DNA of 64,000 nt, from NCBI GenBank assembly GCA_017538365.1, contig JAFYIZ010000026.1:2716-66715 (forward strand), given 5' to 3'. Within the stretch, counting starts at the first letter, position 1. Each line of letters opens with the position of its first letter. The notes below the pieces were generated by a model. It worked only from the letters and a program-made list of their open reading frames with translations, searched no databases and was not told where the DNA came from. The translations under genes and the position numbers were made by a program. This DNA comes from a bacterium (GTDB lineage: Bacteria > UBP6 > UBA1177). Below, one piece after another: positions 56,075-64,000 of this stretch.

Positions 56075-57160
56075 TTGACCACGAAAGAACAGAAGGAACA
56101 GTTCAAAGACAAGCCTCTTAAAGCCTGCATCAGCTATCTGGAAGAGATCGCTGAAACTGACATTGACCAGGCGGAAGCCTTTGCCGATCTGCATTCGATA
56201 ATAAAAAACCTTATCAAATCGAACAGGCTTTTCGATATATCCTCTTTCTACACTTTTTTGAAAAATGCCGCTGCAAACGGAAACAAAGTCGGGATGTTTT
56301 TCGAGCCTGCAAAGAACATGCTGAAAGAAAACATCAAGAATTTATTTACAAAATCAATAACTTACAACAATACTGAACTTAGAGAGACTTTCTCCGACAT
56401 CCTCGGAAACAACAACGGTCTTCTTATCGACCTCGTAAGTTTCATTTTCAAAAAATACGACCTTTTCGGCTTTACTTTTTCCGACAACATAAACCGGCAG
56501 CTTGTCCAGATTGCATCAAAAGATCTTTACAGTTTCATCGATCACGCAGACACCGGTTTTCTCGCGTTTTACCTCTCTTCGCTGCCGAAAATAGGTTTTG
56601 TTCCGAAAGAACACATCGAGCAGCTGACCGGCATGATACTCTACAAAATCGATTCGCAGCCGCAGACCGCGAAAATCCTTGTTGCAATGAAGGAATATCC
56701 GTGCGCGGACATTCTGCTTCTTTTCATGCTCTCACAGCGTGACAACGACCGTCTGCAGGCGCTTCAGATACTTAAGGAAAAACTTGCACTTAAGCAATAT
56801 GAAGAGTTGCGCTCATCTTTTGCGGGCAAAGCGCCCTACTTCATAAAAACAGCTATAACCGGCGGATTATTTTACGATTTCCACAATATTCCGTTTGCCC
56901 ACAAAGAGCTTTTTGCCGACCTTTTGAAATATACGGACATAAAAACCGTAAAAGAAACGGCAATTCCGCTTTTTAAGACGGCAAATACAGCGGGAGACAT
57001 CAGAATCACTGATTCAAAACTCGCATTTGTCCCCGCTTTGAAGGATTTGATTCCCGCCTTTTCCGATCTCGCTCCTGAACTCACGAAAATCTTAAGGGAC
57101 GAAAAAATAGAACTGGAAGTCAAGGAAGAAATACGCAAAGTGCTGATTGAATCGAAATGA
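56075..57160 (+). CDS. hypothetical alpha-helical protein
   Basis: TTG at 56075 is preceded by GAAGGA at good spacing and follows the dapF stop. The ATG at 56006 would overlap dapF by 65 nt. Its stop overlaps the nadD ATG (ATGA). No recognisable motif. Confidence 0.65.
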   Translation: MTTKEQKEQFKDKPLKACISYLEEIAETDIDQAEAFADLHSIIKNLIKSNRLFDISSFYTFLKNAAANGNKVGMFFEPAKNMLKENIKNLFTKSITYNNTELRETFSDILGNNNGLLIDLVSFIFKKYDLFGFTFSDNINRQLVQIASKDLYSFIDHADTGFLAFYLSSLPKIGFVPKEHIEQLTGMILYKIDSQPQTAKILVAMKEYPCADILLLFMLSQRDNDRLQALQILKEKLALKQYEELRSSFAGKAPYFIKTAITGGLFYDFHNIPFAHKELFADLLKYTDIKTVKETAIPLFKTANTAGDIRITDSKLAFVPALKDLIPAFSDLAPELTKILRDEKIELEVKEEIRKVLIESK

Positions 57161-57714
57161 GCGGAGAAAAAACAAATATCGCGATTTTCGGCGGAAAGTT
57201 CGACCCGCCGCATCTGGGGCATCAGCTCAGCATATTTTTAGCTCTCGAAAAATATGGTTTTGACGAAGTGTGGATAATTCCCAGTTTTTCGCACCCTTTC
57301 GGCTTTCATCCGGGCGACTTTGACACGCGCCTTGAGATGTGCCGTATAATGGCAAAACCTTTCGGAAAAGAGGCAAAAGTGCTCGACACTGAAAAAAATC
57401 TGGGGCTTGAAGTCGTCTACACCGTTGATTTAATCAGATATCTCAAAAAAAATTTTCCGCAAAACGATTTTTCGCTTGTCATCGGCTCCGACAACTGGGA
57501 TGTGCGGCAGAAGTGGAAAGATTTCGACAAAATCGAAGAAATGTGCCGCAGTATCGTCGTTATCGGCAGAGGTGAAGGGAAAGAAAACGGCTTTTCACTC
57601 CCCGATATTTCGAGCACGATGATAAAAAATATGATCAAAAGCAATCAGAATCCCGATGTTTTTCTCCCTGCGGGAATCTTGGAATATATCAGAAAAAACG
57701 GGCTTTACGCCTGA
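57157..57714 (+). CDS. nadD: nicotinate-nucleotide adenylyltransferase
   Basis: IAIFGGKFDPPHLGHQ (GxFxPxHxGH) and a C-terminal ISST-type motif (DISSTMIKN). Confidence 0.9.
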   Translation: MSGEKTNIAIFGGKFDPPHLGHQLSIFLALEKYGFDEVWIIPSFSHPFGFHPGDFDTRLEMCRIMAKPFGKEAKVLDTEKNLGLEVVYTVDLIRYLKKNFPQNDFSLVIGSDNWDVRQKWKDFDKIEEMCRSIVVIGRGEGKENGFSLPDISSTMIKNMIKSNQNPDVFLPAGILEYIRKNGLYA

Positions 57715-58481
57715 ATGTTTCCTGTCGGAAAGACGAGAGATTTTCCATCTGAAAAATTACCGAAAGTAAGAAAATCGCTGTTGAACAGAGTTTTCAGTTC
57801 TCCGCTTTCAACAAGATCCGCCGGAGTTCCGTCAAAAACGAGTCTCCCCTCTTTCAAAGCGAGAATCCTGTCGGAAAAAACAAGCGCTTCATTGATTTCG
57901 TGAGTGACCGTTATCACAAGTTTTCCGCTTGCCGCGATTTTTCTGATTATTTCGGAAATTCCTATCCGCTGAACAGGATCGAGATAGGTCAGAGGCTCGT
58001 CAAGAAGCAATATGTCGCTATCCTGAGCAATCGCTCCCGCAATAAGGATTCTCTGCCGCTCTCCACCGCTCAAAGTGCCGATTTTTCTCGATAAGAATTT
58101 TTTCGTGTCAGTGAGTTCAAGCGCCTTATCTATCGCGGCTTTATCCTCTGCTGAAAGTTTTTCCCACGGCTTTCTGTAGGGATAGCGCGAAAGCTCGAGA
58201 AAGTGCGACACATCAAAATCGCCCGTGATCTCAGCACCCTGCGGCACGAACGAAATAAGTTTTGCCCGCTCGCGCTCGCTCATCGAAGCCACTTCTACAC
58301 CGTTTGCAAGAACACTTCCAGAATGTTTGAGTAGTGAGGAAACCGCACGCAGAAGAGTCGTCTTTCCCGCGCCGTTAGTCCCTATCAGCGAAATGTTTTC
58401 CGATTTTCCGGCAGAAAACGAAATATCCTTTATGATTTCCTTCCCTGATAATTCGACTGAAAGACTGCGGACTTCGAGCAT
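57705..58481 (-). CDS. ABC transporter ATP-binding protein (FepC/BtuD-like), no adjacent permease
   Basis: ATG at 58481 (MLEVRSLSVEL). Walker A GTNGAGKTT, signature LSGGERQR, Walker B ILLLDEPLTYLD. Confidence 0.88.
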   Translation of the reverse strand: MLEVRSLSVELSGKEIIKDISFSAGKSENISLIGTNGAGKTTLLRAVSSLLKHSGSVLANGVEVASMSERERAKLISFVPQGAEITGDFDVSHFLELSRYPYRKPWEKLSAEDKAAIDKALELTDTKKFLSRKIGTLSGGERQRILIAGAIAQDSDILLLDEPLTYLDPVQRIGISEIIRKIAASGKLVITVTHEINEALVFSDRILALKEGRLVFDGTPADLVESGELKTLFNSDFLTFGNFSDGKSLVFPTGNIQA

Positions 58482-58546
58482 ACAAAAATCCTGCGGTTTA
58501 AATTTGACTTGAAATAAATTCAGTTGGAATCGAAATGAAGAACTGA

Positions 58547-58738
58547 CTAGACAGCTTTCTGAACCTTGCCGGAACGAAGGCAGCGGGAGCATACGGTGAC
58601 CGTTTTTACCGTGCCGTTCTCAACGATTTTGACTTTCTGAATATTCGGATTCTGAATTTTCTGGGTTCTGTTGTTCGAGTGGCTTACATTGTGGCCGAAC
58701 ATCGGTTTTTTGCCGCATATTTCACATTTGCGTGACAT
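58547..58738 (-). CDS. rpmB: 50S ribosomal protein L28
   Basis: MSRKCEICGKKPMFGHNVSHSNNRTQKIQNPNIQKVK is the classic L28 N-terminus. ATG at 58738. Confidence 0.93.
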   Translation of the reverse strand: MSRKCEICGKKPMFGHNVSHSNNRTQKIQNPNIQKVKIVENGTVKTVTVCSRCLRSGKVQKAV

Positions 58739-58866
58739 GATTTTCTCCATAAAATTAAAACAACAAACAAAAAAACGCGGGTATTATAGACATTTTTAAT
58801 GAAAAAGCAATTTTTTTGAGCAGAAAAACTAAAAATATCGGATTTTTATCGGTAAAACAGAGGTGT

Positions 58867-61458
58867 TTAGAAAAGATCTTCGGCACCCTGAGTCGGATCG
58901 AGGACGTCTTTTTCTTCAACGGTTTTGTTCGGTTCGCTTCCGGCATGGAAGTACATTCTGACGCCGTCCTTATCGGAAACGAGACCAGTTTTCGGGTCGA
59001 TATTTCTGCCGACAACGCCTGCAGGAAGTTCATAGTCAGCCGTCGGCGGGAAGTTTTTGAGATACCTTTCCATGAAGTCGCGCCAGATGGGAAGAGCAGT
59101 TTTTGAGCCTGTTTCAACTCTGCCGAGCGGACGCCCGTGCTGGTCGTTTCCTACCCAGACACCGGCAACGAAATTCGGTGAATAACCGATGAACCATGCA
59201 TCAAAATAGTCGTTCGTCGTTCCGGTTTTTCCGGCAACGTGACGGCTGCAGATCCCTTCTCCGCCTTCCTCTTCCTCTCCGATATTGCTTTTTTTACATT
59301 TGTAGTGGTTGAAACCTCTGGCGCTCGCCGCAGTTCCGCGGTTGACGACATCTTCGAGAATTTTGTTCGTTATATAAGCCGTCTGAGGCGTAAGAACCTG
59401 ATTTTCCTCTCTTTTTGCAAAATATAGCAATCTTTCCAGCTTCGACGGAGCTGAAATGTAAGGATCGTAGAAAACGGTGTTGTCCTCAAGAACGTTGCCG
59501 TTTTTGTCGTAGATTTTCCTGATGTAGGTCGTGTGAGGCGCCTTTCCCATATTCGGGAAGTGAGCGTAAGCGTCGGTGAGTTCGTCTATCGTAAGACAGC
59601 TCGAACCGAGCATACTGCCGAACTCAGGCTTGATTTCGCTTTTGATGCCTAAAGCCTTTGCGCCGTCGATAGCATCGCGCAGCCCGAGTTTCTGCAGAAC
59701 TCTGATGGCCGGAGTATTCATCGAGTGAATGAGCGCTTCCCAGACCGTAACCTCGCCTTTGAAAGTGTTCTCGAAGTTCGCCGGTTTGAAGTTAGTGTCG
59801 GTAACGGTTACGGGTGCGTCAAGTACCATTGTTGCCGGAGTAAGAAGCGGCGATCTGCCGTTACGTTTTTCAAGCGCCAGGGTGTAGAAAATCGGTTTTA
59901 TCGAACTTCCCGGCTGGCGGCAGGCCTGAGTCGTGCGGTCGAATTCGCTGATTTCAAAGTCGTAGCCACCCATGAGCGCCTTGACATAACCCGAATACGG
60001 GTCTTTTACGATTATCGCAGCCTGTGACGAAGGAATCTGTTCGAGAACAAAGTAAAAGTCTTTTCCCAGTTCTTTCGAATAGTTGCGGAAATCGTACTGG
60101 TCGCGCGTTCCAGCTTTGTCTGTTGCTCTGACAAGAATGACGTCTCCCGGATTGAAGACCTCTTTAACCGATCTGACAACCGCGTAAGAACCGACAGGAC
60201 TCCACGGACGGGCCCACTGCAAATCTTCGAGATAAATGTCGCGTTTGACTTCGCCGACTTGTACCAGTGCACTTTTTTCCTTTGTTTCAAGAATGACACC
60301 CTGATAGTAAACGCCGCTTTTTATCGTTTCTTCGGTGATTTTTCCGAATACTTTTTCGTGACGTTTGAGGTAGGTCTCAAGATCTTTTTTGAGGTTTATC
60401 GAATAGAGCGGGTTTGTCACTTCGCCGCCGAACTTGTCGCCTTTCTGATAGCTGTCCTCCTCACCTCTCGCATAGCCCTGACGCTTTGAAAGCTCTCTTA
60501 TGCCGTAGAAAACAGCTTCGTGGGCATACTGCGTGGCACGCATATCGACCGTTGTCTGAACAGTCATTCCCTCTTTGTAAAGTTTGTCGAAACCGTATTT
60601 GTCAAGCAGGTATCTGCGTACTTTTTCGCTGAAATAAGGCGCTTTGTCGAGGAAAAGTTCTTTCTGCGGATTAGTCGTGATCGGCTTTTCCAGAGCGGCA
60701 TCGTATTCGGATTTCGAGATATACTTGTCTTCAAACATCCTCTTAAGGACGTAGTTTCTGCGGCGCAGAGCCTTGTCGGGATTGAGAATAGGAGAAGCAG
60801 CAGACGGGAATTTCGGAAGTCCGGCTAATATCGCCATTTCGTCGATTTCGAGTTCCCAGACGTGCTTGCTGAAGTATTTGCGGGAAGCCGCTTCAACACC
60901 GTATGCACCGCTTCCGAGGTAGACTTCGTTGAGGTAAAGATAAAGGATTTCCTCTTTCGAAAGATGCTTTTCAAGCTCGATCGCCATAATCATATCCTTT
61001 ATTTTCCTGCTGAAAGTCCTCTCGGTGCCGACAAAGGATTTTGAAAGCTGCTGCGTTATTGTACTTCCGCCCTGCTTGATTCCTGTCGTCATGTACTTGA
61101 ATGCCGCACGGACTATACCGAGCGGATCGATGCCCTTATGCGTGTAAAACGACGAATCTTCGCCTGCGACGAAAGCGAGACGGAGTTTTTCGGGAATTTT
61201 GTCGTAAGGAATGATGATCCTTCTGTTTTCGTGGTAGAACTCTGCGATAAGCTCTCCGTCGTAGGAATAGACTTTCGTACCTGCATCGGGCTTGTAGTCG
61301 CTTACCATGTTGATTGCCGGAATCTCGGATTTGAATTTGGAATAAACGGCAATACCGATGATAATGCCTGCGACAAAAAGAGCCGCAGCCGCGATCAGAG
61401 CCAGTTTAAATATCTTACGGAATTTATTTGATTTTAAATCAAACTTCTTTTGAGCCAT
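58867..61458 (-). CDS. mrcA: class A penicillin-binding protein (PBP1A type; glycosyltransferase + transpeptidase)
   Basis: N-terminal TM. GT51 motifs AFVAGEDSSFYTHKGID and GGSTITQQL. Transpeptidase motifs SSIKP and KTGTT. Confidence 0.92.
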   Translation of the reverse strand: MAQKKFDLKSNKFRKIFKLALIAAAALFVAGIIIGIAVYSKFKSEIPAINMVSDYKPDAGTKVYSYDGELIAEFYHENRRIIIPYDKIPEKLRLAFVAGEDSSFYTHKGIDPLGIVRAAFKYMTTGIKQGGSTITQQLSKSFVGTERTFSRKIKDMIMAIELEKHLSKEEILYLYLNEVYLGSGAYGVEAASRKYFSKHVWELEIDEMAILAGLPKFPSAASPILNPDKALRRRNYVLKRMFEDKYISKSEYDAALEKPITTNPQKELFLDKAPYFSEKVRRYLLDKYGFDKLYKEGMTVQTTVDMRATQYAHEAVFYGIRELSKRQGYARGEEDSYQKGDKFGGEVTNPLYSINLKKDLETYLKRHEKVFGKITEETIKSGVYYQGVILETKEKSALVQVGEVKRDIYLEDLQWARPWSPVGSYAVVRSVKEVFNPGDVILVRATDKAGTRDQYDFRNYSKELGKDFYFVLEQIPSSQAAIIVKDPYSGYVKALMGGYDFEISEFDRTTQACRQPGSSIKPIFYTLALEKRNGRSPLLTPATMVLDAPVTVTDTNFKPANFENTFKGEVTVWEALIHSMNTPAIRVLQKLGLRDAIDGAKALGIKSEIKPEFGSMLGSSCLTIDELTDAYAHFPNMGKAPHTTYIRKIYDKNGNVLEDNTVFYDPYISAPSKLERLLYFAKREENQVLTPQTAYITNKILEDVVNRGTAASARGFNHYKCKKSNIGEEEEGGEGICSRHVAGKTGTTNDYFDAWFIGYSPNFVAGVWVGNDQHGRPLGRVETGSKTALPIWRDFMERYLKNFPPTADYELPAGVVGRNIDPKTGLVSDKDGVRMYFHAGSEPNKTVEEKDVLDPTQGAEDLF

Positions 61459-61473
61459 TTATCCTCCAAAGAG

Positions 61474-61821
61474 TTAATCCTTTTTTATTGCTTCAAAAAT
61501 CTTTTCCAGCCTTATCTCGCGGTCGATCGAGTCGTCGTAAACAAATTTTATCTCGGGGATGAATTTGAGTCTGCTTAAGTGAGATGCGAGTTTGAAGCGG
61601 ATGTTTTTAAGGTTTGAATCAAGATATTCCTGAATCTTTTCAACATTTTCGGGCTGAAAAGTCGAATAGTAGATTTTTGCGGATCTCAGATCCTGAAGCA
61701 CGGAAACGTGAGTTATTGTAATCATGTCCGCAGGAGTACCGCCGAAATCGCTGTAAACCATAGTGCTGATGAACCTTTTTATCGATTCGGCGACTCTGTC
61801 CTGCCTTATTGCGCCAGCCAT
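61474..61821 (-). CDS. rbfA: ribosome-binding factor A
   Basis: RVAESIKRFISTMV...ITITHVSVLQDLRSAKIYYS...LKFIPEIKFVYDDS. The start overlaps the infB stop. Confidence 0.9.
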   Translation of the reverse strand: MAGAIRQDRVAESIKRFISTMVYSDFGGTPADMITITHVSVLQDLRSAKIYYSTFQPENVEKIQEYLDSNLKNIRFKLASHLSRLKFIPEIKFVYDDSIDREIRLEKIFEAIKKD

Positions 61822-64000
61822 TAGATGACCTCGTCTCTGAATTCTTTGTCAATGTAGCATTCGATTATGTCGCCGACTTTGATGTCGTTGTAGCTGTCGA
61901 TCGTCGCGCCGCATTCGTAACCGCTCTTGACTTCTTTAACATCGTCTTTGAAGCGTTTGAGCGTTCCCAGTTTGCCGTTGTAGATAACGACGTTGTCGCG
62001 TACGAGCTTGATTTTGGAGTTTTTGACGACTCTTCCTTCGACAACCATGCATCCTGCGATCGTGCCGACTTTGCCGACCTTGAAAATCTCCCTGACTTCG
62101 AGTTTTCCGATGTATTCCTCTTTGATGATCGGAGCGAGCATACCCGACATTGCCGCCTTGATGGCATCGATAAGTTCGTAAATGATCGAGAAAATTTCGA
62201 TATTGACACCTTCAGCCGCAGCGAGCTGTTTCGCCTTGTTGTCAACACGGACGTTGAAGCCGATGATCATACCTTTCGATGCGCTTGCGAGCAGAACGTC
62301 GTTTTCGTTGATGCCGCCGACACCAGAGTGGATTACTTTTATCTTCATTTTCTTGTGCTCAATCTTGTTGAGTGAAGCGATGATAGCCTCTACGGAACCG
62401 TCAACGTCGCCTTTTACGATGACGTTGAGATCCTTGACCTCTTCCTGTTCGGCAGCGAAGAATTCTTCGATCGAAGGAGTCGCCTTTTCGACGTTTTTCT
62501 TTTCGCGCTGCTTGTTGATCCTGAGCTCGACAAGACCTTTTGCCTTTCTTTCATCCTTGAAGACGTAAAGTTTTTCGCCGGCAGGCGGAACTGTGTCGAG
62601 ACCGGTAATCTCTACAGCCATCGAAGGTGACGCCTCTTTTACGCGCTTTCCCGTCCAGTCCATCATGCTTCTTACAAAACCGATCGAAGCGCCGGTTACG
62701 ACCATGTCGCCGATTTTAAGTGTTCCGTCTTTGACAAGAACTGTCGCAACCGGGCCTTTTCCGAGATCCATTCTCGATTCGATGACGATACCTTCAGCAG
62801 GTTTGGTCGGATCTGCCTTGAGATCCATCATCTCGACCTGAAGAAGAACCGCTTCGAGAAGTCCTTCGATGTTGATTCTCTGTTTTGCCGAAATTTCGAC
62901 GAAAAGGTTTTCGCCGCCAAGTTCTTCCGCAACGATCTCGTATTTGAGAAGTTCGTTTTTGACTTTTGCCGGATTTGCCGTCGGTTTGTCTATTTTGTTG
63001 ATTGCAACGATTATCGGAACGTTCGCCGCCTTAGCGTGGTTGATAGCTTCAACCGTCTGAGGCATAACGCCGTCATCGGCTGCAACGATGAGGATAACAA
63101 CGTCTGTCGCCTGTGCGCCGCGGCTTCTCATCGCCGTGAATGCTTCGTGACCGGGCGTATCGAGGAAAGTGATTTTTCCGCCGTTGATTTCAACAGAATA
63201 TGCACCGATGTGCTGCGTGATACCGCCGGCTTCGCGGTCAACAACGTTCGTGTGTCTGATTGCATCGAGAAGTTTGGTTTTGCCGTGGTCGACGTGACCC
63301 ATTACGGTAACTACCGGCGGACGCGGAACCAGATTCTCGGGTTTGCTCTCGGTGACTTCGATGAACGATTCCTCGCTGAGAGCGACGTTTTCAGCCGTAA
63401 ATCCGAATTCTTCAGCCAGGAACTGCGCCGTGTCGTAGGGAATTTTGTCGTTGATTCCGAACATTTCGCCTATGCTCATGAGCTTTGAAAGAAGCTGAGC
63501 CGCCTTGACACCCATTCTGCGCGCAAGTTCAGCGACCTGAATGGAATCTTCGATTTTGAGTATCTTTTTTATAGCCTTTGTCGGATTCGGAGCTGGCGCA
63601 GGTTGCGGTTTAGCCTTTTTCTTGTCTTTCTTTTTCTTTCTGAAATCGGAAAATCCGCCGCCGTAACTGCTTTCACGGTCGTCACCGAAGAACTGCGAAA
63701 TATCGGCTCCTCTGAGCTTGCCGGTAACAACCAGATGAACGGAATCATCGCCGTCTCCGCGGTTGTTTTTCTTCTTGCCGCCGTGGCGCTGCTGCATGTT
63801 GCTAATCTGGGAAGTCTGAGTGTTTGCTTCAGGAATGACGACTTTTTTCTTTTTGTTTGCCCTATTTCTGAAATCATCGGAATAGTCATCATCGTCTTCA
63901 GCCGCCTCTTCCTCTTTTTTGCGAAGAGGTCTTCTTTCCTCTTCAGGAAGTTCTTCCTCTTCCTCCTGCTCTGCCGCAGCGATCTTTCTGATTTCATCTT
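61821..64000 (-). CDS. infB: translation initiation factor IF-2; the reading frame stays open to the window edge, so the true N-terminus is outside the window
   Basis: G domain VTVMGHVDHGKTKLLD, DTPGHEAF, NKID. The same frame upstream of the M at 63797 reads ...EEEEELPEEERRPLRKKEEEAAEDDDDYSDDFRNRANKKKKVVIPEANTQTSQISN with no stop up to base 64000, a typical charged IF-2 N-terminal region. Confidence 0.93.
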   Translation of the reverse strand, partial: DEIRKIAAAEQEEEEELPEEERRPLRKKEEEAAEDDDDYSDDFRNRANKKKKVVIPEANTQTSQISNMQQRHGGKKKNNRGDGDDSVHLVVTGKLRGADISQFFGDDRESSYGGGFSDFRKKKKDKKKAKPQPAPAPNPTKAIKKILKIEDSIQVAELARRMGVKAAQLLSKLMSIGEMFGINDKIPYDTAQFLAEEFGFTAENVALSEESFIEVTESKPENLVPRPPVVTVMGHVDHGKTKLLDAIRHTNVVDREAGGITQHIGAYSVEINGGKITFLDTPGHEAFTAMRSRGAQATDVVILIVAADDGVMPQTVEAINHAKAANVPIIVAINKIDKPTANPAKVKNELLKYEIVAEELGGENLFVEISAKQRINIEGLLEAVLLQVEMMDLKADPTKPAEGIVIESRMDLGKGPVATVLVKDGTLKIGDMVVTGASIGFVRSMMDWTGKRVKEASPSMAVEITGLDTVPPAGEKLYVFKDERKAKGLVELRINKQREKKNVEKATPSIEEFFAAEQEEVKDLNVIVKGDVDGSVEAIIASLNKIEHKKMKIKVIHSGVGGINENDVLLASASKGMIIGFNVRVDNKAKQLAAAEGVNIEIFSIIYELIDAIKAAMSGMLAPIIKEEYIGKLEVREIFKVGKVGTIAGCMVVEGRVVKNSKIKLVRDNVVIYNGKLGTLKRFKDDVKEVKSGYECGATIDSYNDIKVGDIIECYIDKEFRDEVI

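Noticed and set aside
63795-63797. ATG at 63797 as the start of infB (658-aa version)
   Set aside because: The same frame continues without a stop to base 64000 and encodes a typical charged IF-2 N-terminal region. The real start is therefore upstream of the window. The different-frame ORF at 63569-63997 is a shadow of this low-complexity region.

Overview
This is a bacterial chromosomal window from a diderm-type organism, judged from its lipoproteins, a beta-barrel OMP and a class A PBP. The taxon cannot be determined from the sequence alone. The housekeeping backbone comprises a DnaQ-like exonuclease, a UvrD-family helicase, a GltD-like oxidoreductase, psd, gyrB-gyrA, prmA, a GtrA-like protein, dapF, nadD, rpmB, a class A PBP, rbfA and infB, plus one tRNA-Thr(CGU). 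The infB frame stays open to the right window edge. Six accessory or envelope blocks sit between these genes. (i) 1-4.0 kb: a truncated DUF1566/Cys-repeat gene, a DUF4145-like gene, and an ORF6N gene bracketed by 60-bp direct repeats, with four 23-bp-periodic iteron-like repeats beside it. (ii) 8.8-11.6 kb: a DUF3299-like lipoprotein plus an ABC ATPase and an FtsX-type permease with a His-rich loop. (iii) 11.7-18.4 kb: an OMP plus a 1794-aa met-zincin lipoprotein. (iv) 18.5-26.9 kb: a tightly translationally coupled operon of uncharacterised, mostly membrane proteins ending in a 968-aa PDZ/S41 protease. (v) 27.0-28.9 kb: a TSP3-repeat/vWA lipoprotein. (vi) 35.6-53.8 kb: five tandem co-oriented giant paralogous lipoprotein genes. 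The best candidates for something undescribed are block (vi) and block (iv). Each block (vi) protein runs: lipobox signal, ZU5-like domain interrupted by 6-8 AAGDPIMxx nonapeptide repeats and closed by a conserved GHFTAYTF strand (a possible HF|T autoproteolysis site), acidic linker, CTGQ..CP..GEDFYGQD module, then 4-5 DUF1566 domains. Dispersed REP-like hairpins and ATCACGGGAT-type repeats occupy several intergenic regions. I recognised no CRISPR array, rRNA, transposase, integrase or reverse-transcriptase ORF.
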